Source: an uncultured virus (IMG/VR IMGVR_UViG_3300012041_000021) (Duplodnaviria; Heunggongvirae; Uroviricota; Caudoviricetes). Taken from it: DNA of 20,000 nucleotides. The stretch lies in the IMG/VR virus record IMGVR_UViG_3300012041_000021; one strand, written 5' to 3'. The position numbers were made by a program, and so were the translations under genes. The notes beneath the pieces are model-generated. The model ran no database searches, was not told where the DNA came from, and saw nothing but the letters and a program-made list of their open reading frames with translations. Shown here in pieces: positions 13,160-20,000 of the stretch (positions are counted from its first letter, which is position 1; every line of letters begins with the position of its first letter).

Positions 13160-15556
13160 ATGAATGACGCTTACATTATAGATATAGAGAGTTCAAATTT
13201 ATTGGCAAACATGTTAGATTATAGTAGCTTGCCTTACAAGTTAAATAGGGAAGCTAATCTGTGGTGTATTGTTATTAGAAATGTCGGGACTAACGAGGTT
13301 AAATATGCTGTTGAAGGGCAGATTACTAAAGAGTGGATGAAAGAGGCTCTAAAGGGCTGTAAATACTTAATAGGGCACAATGTATTGAAGTTTGACTTCT
13401 TGGTTTCTAAGCTTTTCGGTGTTTTAGATTATTCTGTTGGTTATTTAGATGAACCGGACACTTTGTTCGGAGAACCTGTAACTTTGATTGATACTTTAAT
13501 CCTTTCCCGGCTTTTTAATCCTGACAGACATGGCGGACATTCGCTTGAAAGTTGGGGACACCGGACAGGTACAAAATTAAAAACAGAGTTCCGAAAAATT
13601 TGTATTGAAAAAGGTTACATAACTAAAGACGAACCTAAAGGTGCAGAGTTCAGAAAGTACGTCCCGGAAATGTTAGATTACTGTATTGATGATACAGAAG
13701 TTAATAGGAATACCTTCTTAGCTCTAGTGGAAGAAAAAGGAGATTATAGCGGTTGGAATAAGGCTATTAAGATGGAGAATAAGTTAGCAGACTTAGCTAT
13801 CCGACGAGAAACTTTCGGTTTTTGGTTTGATAAGGATTCAGCTGTTAAGTGTGTTGAGGAGTTAACTGAACTTATGGAAGTACTTAGAAATAAAGTAAAT
13901 CCGGTTCTTCCTCCAAAGCCAATGACTAAAGGAGATTTGAATTCTTTTACTCCTCCGGCTACTCAATTTCTTAAAAGTGGGAAACCTTCTACTCACATTG
14001 TAAAGTTTGCGGCTAGAATGGGCGGGAGAATTGTGACAGATGATGAGAAGTATTACATAGAATTTGAAGGAAATAATTACGAGTTACCATTTAACCTTCC
14101 GTTAAAAACACATACAGAAGCGGACATCAGTAATCTTGACCACGTTAAGATGACTTTAACAGATGTTTACGATTGGATACCTACAGAATGGGCGGTCAGA
14201 GATTTTACTAAAGATAGTAAGAAACAAAGTTTAACTTATGAAAAAAGAGTTATAGCTTTTGAAAGATGGTTGAAGGAGACTCAACAAGGAAAATACACTG
14301 ACCTTAGACTTGACATAGCTTTTAAAGACCACAAAGTAAAATCTGTGGAAGATTTGGAGAGAAAGATTAAAGAGAAGTTACATGAAGATTACCCGGTAAA
14401 GTTGCCAACTTCTCCAAAAGTAAGAGTAGGTATTGAAAAGGATTTATGTCCGAACTTAACAGCTCTTGGAGATAAAGTAGAGTTTGCTAAAGACTTCGCT
14501 TTATTCTTAACTTATAAGCACAGAAAGTCATCCATTGCCGGAGGAGAGTTGGAAGATGTTGATTATGATGATGAATACCCAACTTCCGGTTTTCTTTCCA
14601 TGTATAGAGAAGAGGATTCGCGTATCCCTACTCCGGCTATTGAGATTGGAGCGTCTTCATGTAGATATAGGCACATTGGAGTGGCTAACGTTCCAAGAGG
14701 TACTTCTGTTTATGGTAAAGAGATGCGAAGTTTATTTGGGTCGGGTAAAGATGGAGTACAGTTAGGTTTTGACTTTGCCTCTTTAGAAGCTAGGATTCAG
14801 GGACACTATTGTTGGAAGTACACTGATGGAGAGGAATTAGCTAAAACATTACTTGCTGAAAAGCCTAACGATATTCACACATTAACAGGATTGAAATTAG
14901 GTATTCCTAGAAGTGATGCAAAGTCTGTGAACTACATGCTTATCTATGGCGGGAAGATTCCTAAAGTAGAAGCTATGTTAGGTGTAGATAAGCCAAGAGC
15001 TACAGAAATTTTTGAAGGGTTTTGGGATTCAGTCCCTTCTTTGAAAGAGTTGAAGGTAGCGGTCACTGAACATTGGAAAGCTAATGATAAGGTATGGATT
15101 GCCGGAATAGATGGTAGAAAGATTACTACTAGAAGTGAGCACAGTTTATTGAACGCTGCTTTTCAGTCAGCCGGAGTTATCGCTGCTAAGTATGTTACGG
15201 TTCTAATGATGCAGTATTTAGAGAAAGCGGGTTACAATTTAGACCCCTTTATAGCTGCTCCTGATGTATGTAGCATGATTGAATATCACGATGAATGTCA
15301 GCTTTTCTTGTCGAAAACTATACCTAAGTTTGAACTGTTTCCTTCTGAAGAAGAAGCTAAAGCGTTTATTAAGGGTTGGACAGGAGAAGGACAGTTAAGT
15401 GCTATTTCGGAAGGTAAGTCTTGGTATGTAGCTTTACCTAATGTTGTTTCTCTTGCAGTGGCAAAAGCTATTAAAGATACGGAAGTTATATTGAAATTGA
15501 ATGTTGAATTAGGTTACGAATGGATTGTTAGTAACACTTGGTACGGATGCCATTAA
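13160..15556 (+). CDS. polA: Family A DNA polymerase with a 3'-5' exonuclease domain (T7-like, no 5'-3' exonuclease)
   Basis: ExoI DIESS, ExoII GHNVLKFD, ExoIII YCIDD. Motif A DFASLEARI, motif B RSDAKSVNYMLIYG, motif C YHDE. C-terminal W...H. Confidence 0.95.
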   Translation: MNDAYIIDIESSNLLANMLDYSSLPYKLNREANLWCIVIRNVGTNEVKYAVEGQITKEWMKEALKGCKYLIGHNVLKFDFLVSKLFGVLDYSVGYLDEPDTLFGEPVTLIDTLILSRLFNPDRHGGHSLESWGHRTGTKLKTEFRKICIEKGYITKDEPKGAEFRKYVPEMLDYCIDDTEVNRNTFLALVEEKGDYSGWNKAIKMENKLADLAIRRETFGFWFDKDSAVKCVEELTELMEVLRNKVNPVLPPKPMTKGDLNSFTPPATQFLKSGKPSTHIVKFAARMGGRIVTDDEKYYIEFEGNNYELPFNLPLKTHTEADISNLDHVKMTLTDVYDWIPTEWAVRDFTKDSKKQSLTYEKRVIAFERWLKETQQGKYTDLRLDIAFKDHKVKSVEDLERKIKEKLHEDYPVKLPTSPKVRVGIEKDLCPNLTALGDKVEFAKDFALFLTYKHRKSSIAGGELEDVDYDDEYPTSGFLSMYREEDSRIPTPAIEIGASSCRYRHIGVANVPRGTSVYGKEMRSLFGSGKDGVQLGFDFASLEARIQGHYCWKYTDGEELAKTLLAEKPNDIHTLTGLKLGIPRSDAKSVNYMLIYGGKIPKVEAMLGVDKPRATEIFEGFWDSVPSLKELKVAVTEHWKANDKVWIAGIDGRKITTRSEHSLLNAAFQSAGVIAAKYVTVLMMQYLEKAGYNLDPFIAAPDVCSMIEYHDECQLFLSKTIPKFELFPSEEEAKAFIKGWTGEGQLSAISEGKSWYVALPNVVSLAVAKAIKDTEVILKLNVELGYEWIVSNTWYGCH

Positions 15557-15561
15557 AAAAT

Positions 15562-15600
15562 AAACCCCTTAAAGTTAATTCTTTTTGGGGTTTTTCTTTT
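15562..15600 (+). terminator. Intrinsic terminator after the polymerase
   Basis: AAACCCC (15562-68) pairs with GGGGTTT (15587-93), with inner AAAG/CTTT pairing, followed by a T-tract. Confidence 0.7.
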
Positions 15601-15619
15601 TTTATCCAATTTGTTTTTC

Positions 15620-15627
15620 TATATTTG
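15620..15627 (+). promoter_or_regulatory. Bacteroidota -7 box
   Basis: TATATTTG 18 nt upstream of ATG 15646. The -33 element is not clear. Confidence 0.6.
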
Positions 15628-15645
15628 CAATCTAAATAAAAAACT

Positions 15646-16257
15646 ATGAAAGTAAAAATATTAACAAGTTTTCCTAAGAAGACTTTTGAAGTGGATGAAG
15701 TTTGGTTCAGTGCCGACTTACACTTAGACCACGAATCTGTTATTAAACATGGACGTAAGTTTGACAGTGTAGTGGAAATGAACGACACTATCATTCATGA
15801 AATTAACAAAGTAGTTAGAGAGAATGATTTACTAGTTCTTTTGGGAGATACTTTGATGGGAGAGAAAGATTATGAAAGTTTCTTGAACTCTTTGAGATGT
15901 AAGTATGTTATCATGTTGTATGGTAATCATTGTAATATTGGTAAACTTCAATCAATTTGGTTAGAGAATACTAAGCTGCTTTATCAAGGGTATTATTTGG
16001 AACTTAATGTTGAAGGTCAAATTATTTGCTGTTCTCACTTTCCCCAATTTAATTGGAATTATCAGGACGATGGTAGTTGGAGTTTACATGGTCATTTACA
16101 TTCAGATGAGAATCCGGTTTTAAGAGAGATTCACAAATATAAGTCTATGGATGTGGGAATTGATAATTATTACAAAATGATGGGAGAATATGGTTTATTT
16201 TCCTTTAATCATGTGAAGCTTTTATTAAGAGATAATTTAATTATGAAAAGACATTAA
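15646..16257 (+). CDS. Calcineurin-like metallophosphoesterase
   Basis: SADLHLDH, LLGD, YGNH, SHFP, HGHLH and DVGID motifs. Confidence 0.92.
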   Translation: MKVKILTSFPKKTFEVDEVWFSADLHLDHESVIKHGRKFDSVVEMNDTIIHEINKVVRENDLLVLLGDTLMGEKDYESFLNSLRCKYVIMLYGNHCNIGKLQSIWLENTKLLYQGYYLELNVEGQIICCSHFPQFNWNYQDDGSWSLHGHLHSDENPVLREIHKYKSMDVGIDNYYKMMGEYGLFSFNHVKLLLRDNLIMKRH

Positions 16258-16261
16258 AACA

Positions 16262-16293
16262 CTTGCACATGTCATTTCCTTTTTATATATTTG
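16262..16293 (+). promoter_or_regulatory. Bacteroidota sigma-A-type promoter
   Basis: CTTG (16262-65), N20, TATATTTG (16286-93). Confidence 0.8.
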
Positions 16294-16326
16294 TCAAACA
16301 AAGAACGGAGTTCAAAAATCAGAAGC

Positions 16327-16701
16327 ATGGAAAAACTATTAACAAAGAAACAAGTCACAGACGAGGTTACTGCATTCATTAAAGCTTACCGGAAGAGAGA
16401 CGAATATGAATGTATGTGGCTTATTGACGATTTACAGATAGGCGACGAGTACTTTTTTGTAGAGGTAATACGAACACCTACAAGATTTAAAGACAAGATG
16501 TGTCAAGTTACAGGAGAGTGGTCTGAAATAAAAGTTGAAGAGGGTAAATTTAAATTAGAGATGTCTATATTTAAAGGAGAAGATGATGAAAATCCTGAAA
16601 ATCACAACCCTTCAATAAATATAGAAGGTAACACGACAACTGAAATTGCAGATTTCCTAGCTTTCGAGTATCACAGACGAATTTTAAAACGAGTTAAATA
16701 A
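16327..16701 (+). CDS. Hypothetical protein (start revised from TTG 16291 to ATG 16327)
   Basis: The TTG at 16291 is part of the -7 box, so it cannot be in the transcript. 124 aa from MEKLLTKK. Confidence 0.75.
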   Translation: MEKLLTKKQVTDEVTAFIKAYRKRDEYECMWLIDDLQIGDEYFFVEVIRTPTRFKDKMCQVTGEWSEIKVEEGKFKLEMSIFKGEDDENPENHNPSINIEGNTTTEIADFLAFEYHRRILKRVK

Positions 16702-16707
16702 AACAAC

Positions 16708-17010
16708 ATGAAATTAAAAAACAAAGTATCAGTAAATCTTGATTGGGATGGAGATACAGCTTCTTTAACAGAAGAAAGAGTAGAAAAATTAATTGACGGG
16801 GGATTGGTAGACTTTACTTTAGAGGTAGAAGTAGAAGAGAAAACATATCGTAGTGGTTCACATGATTTACCGGACGATGTGGAGGTTGTTGTATCGCATA
16901 TCGCAATATCAGATGTTAGAGTTTTTGACCGAGATGATGAAGAAGTTTTCTTGTCAGATATTGAAGTTTATGAAATGGGAGAACATATTCGTGAATCAAT
17001 TATATTCTAG
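16708..17010 (+). CDS. Highly acidic hypothetical protein
   Basis: 100 aa, about 27 D/E versus 10 K/R. Confidence 0.8.
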   Translation: MKLKNKVSVNLDWDGDTASLTEERVEKLIDGGLVDFTLEVEVEEKTYRSGSHDLPDDVEVVVSHIAISDVRVFDRDDEEVFLSDIEVYEMGEHIRESIIF

Positions 17011-17012
17011 TT

Positions 17013-17261
17013 ATGAGTAAGTTAGATAGATTGTTAGATTATTATGGGGAGGAATCTCTTCTGATAGCCGATGGTTTTGACGAAGCTATTATAGGAGTTG
17101 AAGAAAATTCTATGCGAGTTATTTACTCAGTTTCTAAGTGTATAGATATTCTTGGCGAAGATATGCCGATAGACGAAGCTTTAGAGTATTTCTATTATAA
17201 TGTGAGTGGGAGTTATATGGGTAAAAATACACCAATTTGGTGTGAAGATTTAATATTTTAA
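17013..17261 (+). CDS. Conserved aquatic-phage hypothetical protein
   Basis: ADGFDEAIIG...VIYSVSKCIDIL..DM..DEALEYFYYNVSGSYMGKNTP is a widespread phage family of unknown function (recognised from memory). Confidence 0.85.
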   Translation: MSKLDRLLDYYGEESLLIADGFDEAIIGVEENSMRVIYSVSKCIDILGEDMPIDEALEYFYYNVSGSYMGKNTPIWCEDLIF

Positions 17262-17263
17262 TT

Positions 17264-17443
17264 ATGAGTACATCTTGGGAAGGTGGGACATATGAGCCCA
17301 CATTAGTATTAGACGGTAAAATGGTAATAGTTGAGAATATAGGAGTGTACGATGGAAGTATCCCTACAACTTACAGAAGAGAAGTTATTCTTCACTTTGA
17401 CAGTGAGGATAAGGCGGCAGAATATTATTATAAAAAACGGTAA
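17264..17443 (+). CDS. Small hypothetical protein (59 aa, not in ORF track)
   Basis: MSTSWEGGTYEPTLVLDGKMVIVENIGVYDGSIPTTYRREVILHFDSEDKAAEYYYKKR. Fits exactly between its neighbours. Confidence 0.7.
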   Translation: MSTSWEGGTYEPTLVLDGKMVIVENIGVYDGSIPTTYRREVILHFDSEDKAAEYYYKKR

Positions 17444-17444
17444 A

Positions 17445-17705
17445 ATGGAAAGAATAGATAATGTTTATGAAGTCACTAGGAGACTTTTAGGAATAATTGA
17501 CCCTGCGGGGGACGCTTCTGTAGATGGTATTAGATTTGAGAATTTAGAACAGACTATTGACTTAACAGAAAGTTTAATGGCGGATATCATTTATGTAGCA
17601 AGACATAAAGGTCATTATGCTAATTCAATGAATATTGCAGGTGAAAGAGCAGATAAATTTATTAACGAGTTAAGAGAAATGATAATTGATGGAAAAGAAA
17701 GATAA
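17445..17705 (+). CDS. Hypothetical protein (start revised from 17352 to 17445)
   Basis: 86 aa from MERIDNVY; starts 1 nt after the stop at 17443. Confidence 0.75.
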   Translation: MERIDNVYEVTRRLLGIIDPAGDASVDGIRFENLEQTIDLTESLMADIIYVARHKGHYANSMNIAGERADKFINELREMIIDGKER

Positions 17706-17991
17706 GGTTATTTACGTATTAATGGGTTTGGTTTTTGTACTACTTTTGCTTCTCTTTTGGCGACAAGATACGTTTGAAAGCCGAGTAGACGAGTATAAGG
17801 GGAGTATAGACACTTTGAAACAAACAGAGAAAATATTACGAGAAAAAGTAGATTCTTTTAGCGTGAGGATTGATGGGACTAAAACTGTCATTAACAATAT
17901 TCACGTAGAAAAAGAAAAAGCAGTTACAAATGTTAAACAATTAAAAAATGACCAATTGCAAGGTTGGTTTACGAATAGATATGGAAAATAG
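17689..17991 (+). CDS. Membrane-anchored coiled-coil protein (i-spanin/Rz-like architecture)
   Basis: N-terminal TM helix VIYVLMGLVFVLLLLLFW, followed by a coiled-coil soluble domain. Confidence 0.6.
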   Translation: MEKKDKVIYVLMGLVFVLLLLLFWRQDTFESRVDEYKGSIDTLKQTEKILREKVDSFSVRIDGTKTVINNIHVEKEKAVTNVKQLKNDQLQGWFTNRYGK

Positions 17992-18349
17992 TTTAGAATT
18001 AAGACATATAGCTCCGTACCTTCCATATAAGTTGAGGTTTTTTACTGACTGTGAAGAGTACCGAATGGAGTTAGATGGTTTGTATGTTTGGGGCGATGCT
18101 TTCAATGAACAATATGGAGACATTCCTTTGCATAATATTAGACCAATTTTAAGACCATTAGAAGATTATAAACTGTTTGAAGATATTACAGACATGATGA
18201 TTAGAAGAGAGTTTGGTTTATTGGAGGACTATCCTGATTTAGTTTTAAGGTTGTCATATACGACCATTGAAAAAATGTTGGAGCACCATATTGACGTGTT
18301 CTCGTTAATCCCTCAAAACTTAGCTATTAATTTAAACACTATAGTATGA
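17981..18349 (+). CDS. Hypothetical protein (start revised from 17948 to 17981)
   Basis: 122 aa. LELRHIAPYLPYKL...IRPILRPL...HIDVFSLIPQNLAI resembles, from memory, a common Bacteroidota-phage family. Confidence 0.8.
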   Translation: MENSLELRHIAPYLPYKLRFFTDCEEYRMELDGLYVWGDAFNEQYGDIPLHNIRPILRPLEDYKLFEDITDMMIRREFGLLEDYPDLVLRLSYTTIEKMLEHHIDVFSLIPQNLAINLNTIV

Positions 18350-18717
18350 AAAAATTAATTATTATTTTTACCCTTTTCGCCGGAATTTCAATGTCGGCAC
18401 AGGAAACCACAACTAATGTTGTATTATCTTCCAAAGTTGCAAGGGAAGTTATTGTGGATTTGATAGAAGGAGATTTTTGCGAAAAAGAGTTGAAAGAAAC
18501 TAAGGTTCTAGTGAATCAGTTAGAAGAGAAAGTATCCCTACAAGGAGAAGTAATTTTGAATAAGGACTTACAGGAAGACTTGTGGAAGAAGATTAACGGA
18601 GAGCAGGAAGAAGCTCTGAAGAAACAGAAGAGAGCTAATCTAGGACACAAGATTCTTCTCTATGGTTCTATTGGAGTAAATATGTTATTAGTCACTAAAC
18701 TAATTCAGTTATGGTAG
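18346..18717 (+). CDS. Exported coiled-coil protein with a signal peptide and a C-terminal hydrophobic anchor
   Basis: MKKLIIIFTLFAGISMSA|QE (SPI-like, +1 Gln), a coiled coil, and C-terminal ILLYGSIGVNMLLV. Confidence 0.7.
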   Translation: MKKLIIIFTLFAGISMSAQETTTNVVLSSKVAREVIVDLIEGDFCEKELKETKVLVNQLEEKVSLQGEVILNKDLQEDLWKKINGEQEEALKKQKRANLGHKILLYGSIGVNMLLVTKLIQLW

Positions 18718-19013
18718 TAAGTTATGTAGCAATTGATAATCAGGATGGAAGTATTCAATTATCAGATTTATGCGATTATAAAGGAGACCCCTCTTTAAAT
18801 TTTAAAAACTGTCCTGACGGTTTTTGGGACAGTCGTAAGTACCTTAAAAAGATGTTCAAGCAACTTAGAAAGGGCGATAGACATAAAGGACTTTATAAGT
18901 TTTGTATGTTGAATAATCTTAATTATACAGAGACAGTTGTGGATTTATTAGAGATTTATGAAGAGTCTAAAAAATTAAAAATGTGGAAGAAGAAAAAGAA
19001 AAAAACTATTTAG
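18711..19013 (+). CDS. Hypothetical protein
   Basis: 100-aa ORF, overlap-coupled on both sides. Confidence 0.65.
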   Translation: MVVSYVAIDNQDGSIQLSDLCDYKGDPSLNFKNCPDGFWDSRKYLKKMFKQLRKGDRHKGLYKFCMLNNLNYTETVVDLLEIYEESKKLKMWKKKKKKTI

Positions 19014-19912
19014 ACACTATTGTTTTTCAATGGTACGACGCTGACATCAAGAAAATTGCTCCAAAAGGTGATATAACTCTTAGACAATTCATTAACTCTG
19101 TTAAATCTCCAAAAGAAGCTTTAAAAACCACATTTAATAAAATTGAACAAGCCTCTTTAGACAACGATATGACGTTAAAAGCAGAATTAAAAAAAGGTTT
19201 ATTTGCTGTAACTCCCTGTGTTAAGATTAAAAATATACGTAATTACGAAGGTATTCAAATGTTCAATGATGTTTTAGTTATTGAGTACGATAAAATACCT
19301 TATGCTGTTGAATTAAGAGATTATATTTTTGAAAAGTTTAACAGTTGTGTATTTGCTTTTTTATCACCAAGTAAAAGCGGTTGTAAGTTTATATTCAGAA
19401 TTAAACCTGTCTCTACTATTCTTGAATTCAAGGAATTATTTTGGGGATTAGCTTACGAATTAGATAAATTCATAAATTTAGATTGGTCAGGAGCTAATGC
19501 TGTATTACCTCTTTTCGTTAGTTGGGATGAAGAAGCTAAAGTTAGAGAAAATCCTAGTGAGTGGATTAAACGAGGATATAAAGAAGGAAGTTTTATCCCT
19601 TATGAAGGAGATTTTGAATCACCTGACGACATAAACGAAGAAGATAGGCAAGAAGTAATTGATAAAATAACATATTTATTTAACAAGATTGAGGATAACG
19701 GTCATCCTCAATGCGTTAAAATAAGCTGTCTGTTAGGAGGTTTCGTAGCAAGTGATTATATTTCTTATGATGAGGCTTATGAAGTACTAGAAGAGTTAAT
19801 AGAAAGTAATACTTATCTAAGTAAAGATATAAACAATTACAAAACAACAGCTAGAACAATGCTTACTCGCGGAATGACAAGTCCTATTTTATTAGAAAGA
19901 CATAAAAAATAA
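18983..19912 (+). CDS. VirE N-terminal / BT4734-like (AEP primase-polymerase superfamily) protein
   Basis: LKKGLFAVTP, VLVIEYDKI, AFLSPSKSGCKFIF and LDWSGAN...FVSWDEEA follow the VirE_N pattern (KxxLpxxTp, iDiD, FxSPSGxGlK, D......R..f.syDp). Helical C-terminal domain. Confidence 0.8.
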   Translation: MEEEKEKNYLDTIVFQWYDADIKKIAPKGDITLRQFINSVKSPKEALKTTFNKIEQASLDNDMTLKAELKKGLFAVTPCVKIKNIRNYEGIQMFNDVLVIEYDKIPYAVELRDYIFEKFNSCVFAFLSPSKSGCKFIFRIKPVSTILEFKELFWGLAYELDKFINLDWSGANAVLPLFVSWDEEAKVRENPSEWIKRGYKEGSFIPYEGDFESPDDINEEDRQEVIDKITYLFNKIEDNGHPQCVKISCLLGGFVASDYISYDEAYEVLEELIESNTYLSKDINNYKTTARTMLTRGMTSPILLERHKK

Positions 19913-19921
19913 TTTAATTAG

Positions 19922-19953
19922 TTTGGATATGTGGCTACATTGTTGTATCTTTG
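19922..19953 (+). promoter_or_regulatory. Bacteroidota sigma-A-type promoter (perfect consensus)
   Basis: TTTG (19922-25), N20, TATCTTTG (19946-53). Confidence 0.8.
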
Positions 19954-19978
19954 TGGGCTAATTATAAATCTATAAAAA

Positions 19979-20000
19979 ATGAAATCAGAATTATTACGAA
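19979..20000 (+). CDS. Start of the next gene (truncated by the window)
   Basis: ATG after an A-rich leader downstream of the promoter: MKSELLR... Confidence 0.5.

Noticed and set aside
14535..14765. Alternative-frame ORF inside the DNA polymerase
   Set aside because: It has a non-ATG start, is nested in a conserved region and has no supporting signals. The polymerase frame is uninterrupted, so no intron or frameshift is needed.
1892..18123. Minus-strand ORFs 1892-2104, 3998-4258, 7360-7554, 7685-7945, 15528-15794, 17712-17897 and 17941-18123
   Set aside because: All are antisense to well-supported plus-strand genes, with composition typical of shadow frames.
1..20000. CRISPR arrays, tRNA/rRNA genes, IS elements, introns, inteins or homing endonucleases
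   Set aside because: No repeat-spacer structure, cloverleaf, transposase, HNH/GIY-YIG/LAGLIDADG motif or intein termini were seen. Intergenic gaps are short and explained by promoters, terminators or small ORFs.

Overview
This window is the early/DNA-replication region of an AT-rich tailed dsDNA phage that very probably infects a Bacteroidota host (Flavobacteriia-like). The host call rests on repeated Bacteroidota sigma-A promoters ((T/C)TTG-N20-TAnnTTTG) and on A-rich translation starts without Shine-Dalgarno sites. Recognisable genes are ThyX, a MazG-like pyrophosphohydrolase, a DnaB-like helicase, a family A DNA polymerase (Tyr762 type), a metallophosphoesterase, a VirE_N/BT4734-like primase-fold protein, an XRE-HTH regulator and a DUF1653-like protein. 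They sit among about 40 small, tightly coupled + strand hypothetical ORFs, ten of which the ORF track missed. Three things stand out. (1) A self-contained module at about 8780-10190, bounded by terminators, holds the only antisense genes (a Gly-zipper/coiled-coil protein and a small acidic partner). It is transcribed divergently from an XRE regulator, with a perfect 16-bp palindrome between the promoters. (2) By manual scan, the asymmetric tetramer CCAG/CTGG and GATC are both completely absent, and CCGG is in excess. (3) A GHKL-like ATPase has its motifs in a permuted order. All family assignments come from motif recognition by eye; no searches were run.
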